Below are positions 10,641 through 18,819 of a DNA stretch of 64,000 bases, one piece after another. This DNA is from an uncultured virus (IMG/VR IMGVR_UViG_3300036760_000418). Lineage: Duplodnaviria > Heunggongvirae > Uroviricota > Caudoviricetes. The stretch's first letter is position 1; the number at the start of each line of letters is the position of its first letter. The notes under the pieces are model-generated. The model worked only from the letters and a program-made list of their open reading frames with translations. It searched no databases and had not been told where the DNA came from. The stretch lies in the IMG/VR virus record IMGVR_UViG_3300036760_000418. The stretch is one strand, 5' to 3'. The position numbers and the translations under genes were made by a program.

Positions 10641-11123
10641 CTAAATGCGCGGAGCCTGGAGGCGATCCAAACAAGCCTGGAATTGCGAGTTGGTGAGTGA
10701 ATCGGGGCGGGCCATCCTAACCAGGGCACTGGCGGCGCTTCCGGAAATCCCAAGATACTCACGCAGCGCTAGAGCGCTCACTAGGCCGGAACGGTTACGT
10801 CCAGCCCAGCAGGTCACGAGAACCTTACGTTCGTTCCGTAACGCTTCAACCACACGAGAGGCAGCCGCTACCGCGATTCGTAATTCTTCTCGTGTGGGGT
10901 GTCGGAGGTTAGTATCGTCATTCGGAGCGTGGATCACCTCGATGCCTGGGAATTCCGTTGCCGCAGGCTGGTGTTCCATCGCGCATAGCACAAGCAGTTG
11001 AAAGCCTGCTTGTTGGAGCTTAGGCCCCTGCGGTGGGATAGCCCCTTGCCACAGGTTGGTATCTAGAGCATGGGCGTCGATGTCTTGATCATCGAAGCGG
11101 GACAGGATCAGAAGATCAGTCAT
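10641..11123 (-). CDS. dual-specificity/tyrosine phosphatase
   Basis: CX5R motif CWAGRNRS. Confidence 0.85.
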   Translation of the reverse strand: MTDLLILSRFDDQDIDAHALDTNLWQGAIPPQGPKLQQAGFQLLVLCAMEHQPAATEFPGIEVIHAPNDDTNLRHPTREELRIAVAAASRVVEALRNERKVLVTCWAGRNRSGLVSALALREYLGISGSAASALVRMARPDSLTNSQFQACLDRLQAPRI

Positions 11124-11626
11124 TGTGGTGTGCTTCCGTAGACATACTCCAAGGCTTTCTGCCCTGCAACATTAGGCTCTTCCCCCTTGAACACCAGGTC
11201 GTCAAACTTAGCTCTAACGCTGGAGGCCAGACGCTGCGCTGCGTCCGATCGTGGGTTAGGCATGCGTAACATAGCCTCAAGCCCGATGCGAGATCGAATC
11301 TCGATCACGTTCTGCATTTGAAGGCGCTTGATCCGAATGAGCGCCCACTGGAGCTGCTCTCCTTCATTGAGGGCCCCTGTGTCGTCCCCTTTGGCCGAAT
11401 CAAGTCGCTCGAAGTTCACGCTATGTAAATTCTCAATCTTAGTGACCCTCGTGTCTAAGACCGCCACGGAACCGATGTCAGCTCGGGTCGCTACCCAACC
11501 GCGAAAGAAGGGCCAAATTCCTGTGGTGAGCGTAGCTGTAAGAAGAGCGAGCGTGACTCCGCCAATCCACTTTATAAGGGGATTTTGGAGTACCCGTTGC
11601 GCTGCTGGGAAAAAGCTATTGGCCAT
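11120..11626 (-). CDS. membrane-anchored hypothetical protein
   Basis: N-terminal hydrophobic segment. Confidence 0.55.
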   Translation of the reverse strand: MANSFFPAAQRVLQNPLIKWIGGVTLALLTATLTTGIWPFFRGWVATRADIGSVAVLDTRVTKIENLHSVNFERLDSAKGDDTGALNEGEQLQWALIRIKRLQMQNVIEIRSRIGLEAMLRMPNPRSDAAQRLASSVRAKFDDLVFKGEEPNVAGQKALEYVYGSTPQ

Positions 11627-11846
11627 GACTGCGGGACGTTAGTTTCACTTGAGCGGAAGCATGAGTGGAAAACGGAGGGCTTGTATTTACACCTAATGTG
11701 TGGTAAGCTAAGTAAAGATTGAAACTCGATCAGGGCTGTCAGAAAGCAGATTTCGTGGGCGTCTTTCGGGTAAGTCTAGACTGGAGTTAACGCCCCGTCA
11801 TTTGTAGTACCACCTCGGGCATTGTCCCGTTACCTCAGAGGAAAGC

Positions 11847-13316
11847 ATGACCACACACGCGGGTTGGTTTGAAGTTGACAAGGAAGGGCTGGCAAAGCTC
11901 CTTCGTCGTAAGGGTCTGGCGTTCGTTCTCTACGAGCTGGTCCAGAACGCTTGGGATACGAAGGCCACGGAAGTCTGTGTGGAGCTGGAGCCTATACCGG
12001 GGCGTCCGCTCACTCGCCTCCGAGTTCAGGACAACGACCCCGATGGGTTCAAGTTCCTAAACCACGGGTTTGTGCTCTACGCCGAATCAGTCAAGAAGGG
12101 TGACCCGACCAAACGGGGACGCTTCAACCTCGGTGAGAAGCTGGTGCTGGCGGCCTGCGAAACGGCCAAGCTCGCTTCCACCACAGGTACCATCTACTTC
12201 GAGCGCACGGGCCCCAAGAAAGAGCTGAACCGGCGCGAGACCCGGGAGAAGCTGTCGGCCGGATCGATCTTCGAGGCCGAGATCAAGATGACCAGGGCAG
12301 AGCTGGACGAAGTGCTGGAGGCCTCCAAGCTGCTCATCCCGCCGGTCCACACGACCATCAATGGCGTGAAGTTGCCTTCACGGTACACCACCAGGTTCTT
12401 TGAAGGAACGCTGCCTACCGATGTTGCGGACGAGGAAGGGTTTCTCCGCCGAACCTCCCGCAAGACCCAGATCAGGATCTATCCCCAGCACGAGAGCGGC
12501 GTCTCGTACATCTACGAGATGGGGATCCCGGTGGTTGAGACCGACTTCCCCTGGTCGATCGACATCAATCAGAAAATCCCGCTCAACGCCGACCGGGACA
12601 ACGTGACCCCGGCTTACCGCAAGGCCTTGTCGGTGCTCACTGTCAACGAGATGTACGACACCCTTGACCGTGAGCAGGCCAGTTCACCTATCGTGCAAGA
12701 GGCCCTGGAGAGCCCAGATGTGCTGTCCGAGGCCGTCACCACGGTGGTGACCCAGCAGTTTGGTGCGAAGCGTACAGCGTTCGACCCCTCGGACCCTGAG
12801 GCCAACAACCAGGCGATGGCCCAGGGCTACGCGATCATCCACGGCGGCTCTTACACGAAGGCTCAGTGGGAGAACATCCGGAAGGCCCAGGCGGCGGCAC
12901 CCTCGGGCCAAATGTTCCCGACCCAGAAGCCCTACAACCCCGATGGGGATCCCGCCAAGATCTTCCCCGAGTCCGAGTGGACCCCCGGGATGCAGGAAGT
13001 TGCCCGCTACTGCCAGGTGATGGCTCAACACCTGATGGACGCCAACATCGAGGTCACGATGGAGAAGGAGCGGGCACAACCCTACGGTGCCAACTACGGC
13101 AGCCGTCACCTGACCTTCAACGTGCTGCGCCTGGGTAAGAACTGGTTCGACCTCAAGAACAACTTTCAAGGGGTCAACGATCTCATGCTCCATGAATTCG
13201 GCCACCACTACGAATCCAACCATCTGGACGCCCGCTACTACAAGGCGCTCACCCGGCTCGGGGCCAAGCTCACCCAGCTTGCCCTCACCCGCCCCGAAGT
13301 CTTCCGTGCGATTTAA
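11847..13316 (+). CDS. GHKL (HSP90/rIIA-like) ATPase with C-terminal HExxH motif
   Basis: YELVQNAWD, DNDPDG, GRFNLGEK; HEFGH. Confidence 0.75.
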   Translation: MTTHAGWFEVDKEGLAKLLRRKGLAFVLYELVQNAWDTKATEVCVELEPIPGRPLTRLRVQDNDPDGFKFLNHGFVLYAESVKKGDPTKRGRFNLGEKLVLAACETAKLASTTGTIYFERTGPKKELNRRETREKLSAGSIFEAEIKMTRAELDEVLEASKLLIPPVHTTINGVKLPSRYTTRFFEGTLPTDVADEEGFLRRTSRKTQIRIYPQHESGVSYIYEMGIPVVETDFPWSIDINQKIPLNADRDNVTPAYRKALSVLTVNEMYDTLDREQASSPIVQEALESPDVLSEAVTTVVTQQFGAKRTAFDPSDPEANNQAMAQGYAIIHGGSYTKAQWENIRKAQAAAPSGQMFPTQKPYNPDGDPAKIFPESEWTPGMQEVARYCQVMAQHLMDANIEVTMEKERAQPYGANYGSRHLTFNVLRLGKNWFDLKNNFQGVNDLMLHEFGHHYESNHLDARYYKALTRLGAKLTQLALTRPEVFRAI

Positions 13317-13356
13317 CTAGAGTTACTCAACTCTCCGGTGTAGTACAGGAATCAAG

Positions 13357-14682
13357 ATGAAAACTGAACTGACAATCAAGACTGACTACCTCCCTAACTG
13401 GGGCGCGTTCGAGGGTGTGCGTGAGCTGCTCCAGAACGGCAAAGATGCCGAAACGGAGTTCCATGCGAAACTGGAAGTTCGCCACAAGGCCGACACCAGT
13501 ACCCTGATCATCACTAACGAGGGTGCGACGCTGCCGCGTGAGGCTATGCTGTTTGGCCACACGACCAAGATCGGTCAAGGCAACTTGATCGGAAAGTTCG
13601 GTGAAGGACTGAAGCTCGGGATGCTGGCTTTGGTCCGTGCTGGTCATGAGGTCAAGATCCGATCTGGATCCGAAGTCTGGCTGCCCAAGATCGAACGGTC
13701 TGAGAAGTTCAACGCGGACGTTCTGGTGATCTACATCGAAACGGGCCGCCAGCCCAAGGACCGCGTTCAGATCGAAGTGTCCAACGTGACCAAAGAGGAC
13801 TGGGCTTTGATGCGCCCATGCTTCCTGTTCCTGACGCCCAAGGGGCGAGAAGACGAACGCATCGACACCTATTACGGTGCCTTGCTCCTGAATGAGCAGG
13901 ACATTGGTAAAGTGTTCGTCAAGGGTATATTTGTAGAGCAGGATCCTCAGCTCAAGTTCGGTTATGACCTGACTCGTGATGTCGCGATCGATCGGGATCG
14001 CAAGATGGTTGCCCGCTACGACCTCGAATGGCGGGTTCGTAAGATCTGGGCAGACTCCATAGTGCAGCGTAAGGACTTGGTCACCAAGTACCTTGACATG
14101 GTGTTCAACAACACCCCAGACGTGGCTGGTCTCGATCCCACTAGCGCCGCCGACCTTCCGGAGGAAGTCAGGAACCAAGCGGCGGCCAGGTTCAAGGAAC
14201 GCCACGGGGACAATGCGATCCCTGTGGACAACATGGCGGACTCCAAGGATATGGAGCACCTGGGTAAGAGCGGGGTGCTGGTGGTGAACAAACCGCTCAA
14301 GGCTATGCTTGAAGCTGTGTTTGGCACCACGGACAAGATCAAGTCTGAGCTTGCCAATGAGATCACGACCCACTACGGCTGGAGGGATCTGTTGCCTGAT
14401 GAGCGCAGCAATATGGAATCTGCCATCGAACTCGTGAACGCGGTGGAACCTGTCACGCTGAATGACGTGAATGTGGTGGATTTTCGGTCCCCGTCTATCG
14501 TGGGTATGTACAAGGGTGGTCAGATTCTTCTGTCCAAGGTCAAGCTGGTGGACGCCAACATGACTCTCGAAACGGTGGTCCATGAGGTGGCGCACCGCTT
14601 CGGTGGGGACGGCTCCCACCATCATGTGGCTGCGCTTGAGCGCATCTGGTCTGGGATCGTCTCGAATCTACGCAAGGCATAG
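13357..14682 (+). CDS. second GHKL ATPase with C-terminal HExxH motif
   Basis: RELLQNGKD, IGKFGEGLK; HEVAH. Confidence 0.75.
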   Translation: MKTELTIKTDYLPNWGAFEGVRELLQNGKDAETEFHAKLEVRHKADTSTLIITNEGATLPREAMLFGHTTKIGQGNLIGKFGEGLKLGMLALVRAGHEVKIRSGSEVWLPKIERSEKFNADVLVIYIETGRQPKDRVQIEVSNVTKEDWALMRPCFLFLTPKGREDERIDTYYGALLLNEQDIGKVFVKGIFVEQDPQLKFGYDLTRDVAIDRDRKMVARYDLEWRVRKIWADSIVQRKDLVTKYLDMVFNNTPDVAGLDPTSAADLPEEVRNQAAARFKERHGDNAIPVDNMADSKDMEHLGKSGVLVVNKPLKAMLEAVFGTTDKIKSELANEITTHYGWRDLLPDERSNMESAIELVNAVEPVTLNDVNVVDFRSPSIVGMYKGGQILLSKVKLVDANMTLETVVHEVAHRFGGDGSHHHVAALERIWSGIVSNLRKA

Positions 14683-14711
14683 AGCTAGCGTATCTATCGA
14701 AAACCCTAGGC

Positions 14712-15191
14712 GTGAGCGATCTAACGCAGAGGGTGCTGGAGCGCTGGGCGTCTCGCCTTGGCGATCTGTCCGTACAGGCCAAATCCCGGACCCCGGGCGT
14801 CCCAGTCAAGAACAAGGACACGGGCCGGACCGTCTACGTGCTGCCCGAGACGCTCAAAGAGGACGCTGGCCGCTTCCAGAAGGTACCACCGAACCAGGTC
14901 GGGGACCCAAGGTGGCGGGGGAAGCCAAAGCCCCCAGCGAGGCCCCGCAAGCCCGAGAAGCCCGAAGTCCCGAGGGATGCCCCGCCAGCCCCGATCCGGC
15001 CCGCCCTCAAGGAAAAGCCGGTCAAGCGGATGAAGCCGGTGACCGAGGTGCCCGAGGTTTCGCCCATGAAGGTACCGGAGCCGAGCCCGCCACGTCGTTG
15101 GAAGAAACTCAAGCGCTTCCAGGCATCCGAGTCAGTGGTCGAGTACATGGCCTCATTGAACCACGGTACGCGGGGACCGGGCCGGGGCTAA
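14712..15191 (+). CDS. Pro/Lys-rich hypothetical protein
   Basis: GTG-start ORF. Confidence 0.55.
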   Translation: MSDLTQRVLERWASRLGDLSVQAKSRTPGVPVKNKDTGRTVYVLPETLKEDAGRFQKVPPNQVGDPRWRGKPKPPARPRKPEKPEVPRDAPPAPIRPALKEKPVKRMKPVTEVPEVSPMKVPEPSPPRRWKKLKRFQASESVVEYMASLNHGTRGPGRG

Positions 15192-15467
15192 CCGCCTGGG
15201 CTTGGGTCGTTTGACCGCTCTCCAGAAGGGGGCTTTCCCAGTTGAGGCTACCTGAACGATCTGACAGGGGCGGCCCGATCGAGCATCTAAAAGGACAGAG
15301 GTGACCCGGTGTTCCCCGGTCACCTCTAGTACCTCGTACCGCCCAAGATGCTTCCGTTCCACGTTAAATCGCAGGAGAACCAGGTTCCCCGTGTGCATCG
15401 TGGGGAGATCAATCTGGACCCGTGGGGCATCGGGGACATCAACCAGCTCCAAAAAAGTGAGCGCCAT
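15153..15467 (-). CDS. hypothetical protein
   Basis: ATG MALTFLEL. Confidence 0.5.
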   Translation of the reverse strand: MALTFLELVDVPDAPRVQIDLPTMHTGNLVLLRFNVERKHLGRYEVLEVTGEHRVTSVLLDARSGRPCQIVQVASTGKAPFWRAVKRPKPRRLAPARSPRTVVQ

Positions 15468-16060
15468 GTGACCCAATACACCAAAAAGTTGCCGGTGAGG
15501 GCTGAGCAACGGTGTAAACCAGACCCGGCCCCGCAAAGGGCTCGGTTGTCAGGCTCCGTGCAGGCCCCGTAAGGGGCACGCCACATGGATCCGGGAAGCT
15601 CCCTGGAAACCCAGTGAAAAGACCAACTGTTCCAGCCAGGGAAACCTGGATGCCGTGCTCACTATAATTGCTCACTCCGGTGAGACACCAGGGAAGCTCC
15701 TGGTGAGTGGAAGCGGGGAGTGCTCAGGGGATCGAAACCCCCGGAGAAAGAGCGCTCTGGCTAAGTAGGCTATGCAGAGGTCGGTTTCGAGATCCCCCAA
15801 GGATCAAGACCTCTCCAGGGAAGTGGCTGTATCTCATCCCTGTCGCTGAAGCTGGAAACCCCCTTACTACTGCTACTACTGTTACCGAACCAAATTAAAC
15901 ATCCCCTTCTTTATCTCCTTCTCTACCTCTCACTGCACTAGAAGAACTACCCACTTTAGCTCCAGCGTTACTAGCAGCCGATCGCGATCTTCTTTCAGCA
16001 AGCTCAAGTCCCCCAATTGCCCACTGTCCCAGTGCACAGAAATTCGCTTGTTTTTCAGCC

Positions 16061-16091
16061 TTATCCACAGCCTATGCACAGTTAATCCACT
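16061..16091 (+). promoter_or_regulatory. DnaA-box-like cluster (putative origin)
   Basis: ttatccaca 16061, ctatgcaca 16072, taatccact 16083; 11-bp spacing. Confidence 0.45.
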
Positions 16092-16238
16092 TATGCTGAT
16101 CGGGTTCTTTTCGTTAGCCTGACGGTCACAGGTTTTTCTTTCAGCCCATACCTTAATTTGGTTGACGGTCTAACCCTCTCTGGGTAGGAACGTTGACCGC
16201 CGCTTCGCTGCCTTCTTTTCAGATCCCGGGGAAACTGA

Positions 16239-17240
16239 ATGACGACGCCAACACCGTCTGACGGGTCTACTATACCCAAAAACTATGATGAATTGCAGAA
16301 ACAGTACGGTGTCCACATCTCCAAGTTGCTACTCAAGTACAACAAGGTAGAGCGCAACCAGGAGGATCTTCATTCTCATATTTGGATGAAGTTGATGGAG
16401 TCGAAACTTCTCGAACGATTTGAGGACTACGTGAGTCGTCAGACTCCGAAGGTCCTCTTGGCCGTTGAGTGCTGCGACTTTCTCGGAATTTCTTGGGGTC
16501 AATGGGTCACAGCAATGTGGGCTCATCACAAAGGTGATCCTCTTACCTACGCTGAGGACGGTAAAATTCTTTCTCGGCGTCAGGGGCGCTGGATGCCGAC
16601 TCCGATTAATCTGGCTGAGTTTCAAGCTCGCGGTCTTGTGGGGTTCACATCCAAGTCTGCTCTTTTCGACTTCTCGGATATTGTCCGGCTATCCATTGAC
16701 GAGAGGCGGACTAAGTCCGGGGAACTTCGTGGGGCTTTTCGGCTCAGAGGTCGGAAAATTAGTTCTCAGGGTCAAGTCCTAAGTGCGGATCGCCCTGAGG
16801 GGCTCATCAAGTTCCCTGACATCCACATCACAAAGGCTCAGTTCCGTAACTATTTGTCGCGGGCGATCTTGAATCACTACGCTAATTTCTGCCGGACTGC
16901 TGAGCGTCGGCATAAAGAAAGACCCTACATACCTCCCGGATACGCTACAGAGGATGATTCACAGAGTTGGGAATCCACTCTGCCTGACTTACAGCAATGT
17001 AGTGCCGATACAGTGCTGGCTTTGGCTGAGGCTCGACAGGTACTCTCAGATACCCTTCACGAGTGTTTAGATGGGGTTGTATCGTGTAAACCAGTGGCGG
17101 AGCATGAGATAGAGGTTTTCGCGATGCTGGAGAACGGATCTTCGCTCATGCAGGCTCTCCGGGATACGAACCTACCGCCGAAGGTCCAGAACGCTGTTTT
17201 GGATACAATTCGGCCCTGGGCGGCCGACTTCGCGCTCTAG
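16239..17240 (+). CDS. sigma70/ECF-like protein with large insertion in region 2
   Basis: EDLHSHIWMKL ... FRNYLSRAILNHYANFCR. Confidence 0.5.
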   Translation: MTTPTPSDGSTIPKNYDELQKQYGVHISKLLLKYNKVERNQEDLHSHIWMKLMESKLLERFEDYVSRQTPKVLLAVECCDFLGISWGQWVTAMWAHHKGDPLTYAEDGKILSRRQGRWMPTPINLAEFQARGLVGFTSKSALFDFSDIVRLSIDERRTKSGELRGAFRLRGRKISSQGQVLSADRPEGLIKFPDIHITKAQFRNYLSRAILNHYANFCRTAERRHKERPYIPPGYATEDDSQSWESTLPDLQQCSADTVLALAEARQVLSDTLHECLDGVVSCKPVAEHEIEVFAMLENGSSLMQALRDTNLPPKVQNAVLDTIRPWAADFAL

Positions 17241-17261
17241 CCCTTTTGTCAACCAGCTCGG

Positions 17262-18017
17262 GTGATGGAACGCATTGCCCAACTGGCCCGGACTTCTGGT
17301 GACCTGCGACGGAAGATTTGGGCATCCCTGCCTCTGCGGCTCCGCTTTGCTGATTTCTGCACCCGTCTGGCGGTGACCACGATCGACTCTTTCGGGAGTG
17401 GGATGTACAGCGTGTTCACCGATAGGGGTGTGGCGGACGTTCCGGATCCCCGTGGCAGTTTGGCCAAGGCCTTCGGTAAACGGGCCTACATGATGTTGAT
17501 GTCCAAGTTTCATGACCTTCAGTTCGTTGAAGACGTCATGCTGAACTTTCTGGTTCGCTTTCTTGAGTCAGGGTCCCGGCATCTCAAGCCCGATATGTCG
17601 CTACGGGATTCTGAGAACTACGTGCTTCGGAGCCTCACGAATGAGGCTCTCAACGCCAAGCGGAAGAAGCGCGAGGTCAGTGACACCTACACGAGTGAGG
17701 GTGATGAAAAGCGACACGAGCTGCCCATCTTCGATGAGGATACGGCGGAGCGCCAGTTGAAGCGGATGTTGCCCAGGATAAAGTCGAAGCTGGAGGCGAT
17801 CCACCCGGACGCCCCCTTGTACCTCAAGCTTTCGATTCTCGATGGGTACTCGGATCGTGAGATCCTCGGGGATGTGGAGCACGGGGGTTCCTCTCTGCTG
17901 ACGCACCCTTACGGCAAGCAGGGTAAGCCCCTGAACGAGAAGGTCTGGAACGGCGTATATAAGCCGCAGATTTTCGCGGTCTTGAAGAACAACTTCGGGG
18001 ACGCACAGCGGGTCTGA
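17262..18017 (+). CDS. sigma70/ECF-like protein
   Basis: VEDVMLNFLVRF, NYVLRSLTNEALNAKR, LDGYSDREI. Confidence 0.5.
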   Translation: MMERIAQLARTSGDLRRKIWASLPLRLRFADFCTRLAVTTIDSFGSGMYSVFTDRGVADVPDPRGSLAKAFGKRAYMMLMSKFHDLQFVEDVMLNFLVRFLESGSRHLKPDMSLRDSENYVLRSLTNEALNAKRKKREVSDTYTSEGDEKRHELPIFDEDTAERQLKRMLPRIKSKLEAIHPDAPLYLKLSILDGYSDREILGDVEHGGSSLLTHPYGKQGKPLNEKVWNGVYKPQIFAVLKNNFGDAQRV

Positions 18018-18039
18018 GCCCGTTGGTGTATACTCTGGT

Positions 18040-18819
18040 GTGCAGCTAACTTGTGCTTATTGTTCTAAGCCTTTCGTGAAAGATGCTAAGGAGTTCCGGT
18101 ATCGGGTCTCCAAGGGGCACAAGCAATTTTATTGTACCCGCTTGTGTAAGAACCTGTCGGGGCGCATCCGGTGGCCTTTAGATCTCGAAGGCCGTTACTT
18201 GGCAGGCGAGAGTGGGCACTCTATAGGGGTGTCTCTTGGTGTGTCCGGGTCAGCGGTGATCAACCATCTGCGATCTATAGGGGTAACCATAAGAAATGGC
18301 TACGATTGGATCACAACTAAACCAGAATTAAATCCAACGAAAGGTAGAGGGCACTCTGAGGCGGCTAAAGCCAAGATACGCGCTGCAAACATTAGGCAGT
18401 TTGCTATACCAGGGGCTAGACAGCGGCACTCTGATCTTCAACGTCTAGCTATGTCCGAAGGACGTGTGGCTAAGGTCAGTGCCTTAGAGGACCTAGTTTC
18501 GAGTCACCTGGATTTACTAGGTTTATCTTACCGGAGGTCGGCACTGATACGTGGCCCTGCTGGGACTTTCGTAGCGTGTGTGGACTTTTTATTGCGTGCT
18601 AACCTAGTTCTGGAGGTGCAGGGGGACTACTGGCACGCTAATCCCTTGGTGTACCCTTTAGGGCCTAAGTACCCCTCTCAGTTAAAGACGGTTGCTAACG
18701 ACAACAGGAAGAAAGAGGTTCTTACTGCTCTGGCATATTCCGTGGTGTACCTATGGGAGTCCGATGTGCGACGGGTTGGTCTTGAAGCAACTAAGGCGGT
18801 TCTATGTCATTACCTTTGA
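18040..18819 (+). CDS. homing endonuclease-like protein (NUMOD3 + Vsr/DUF559-like nuclease)
   Basis: KGRGHSEAAKAKI; VDFLL..LVLEVQGDYWH; VVYLWESD. Confidence 0.7.
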   Translation: MQLTCAYCSKPFVKDAKEFRYRVSKGHKQFYCTRLCKNLSGRIRWPLDLEGRYLAGESGHSIGVSLGVSGSAVINHLRSIGVTIRNGYDWITTKPELNPTKGRGHSEAAKAKIRAANIRQFAIPGARQRHSDLQRLAMSEGRVAKVSALEDLVSSHLDLLGLSYRRSALIRGPAGTFVACVDFLLRANLVLEVQGDYWHANPLVYPLGPKYPSQLKTVANDNRKKEVLTALAYSVVYLWESDVRRVGLEATKAVLCHYL

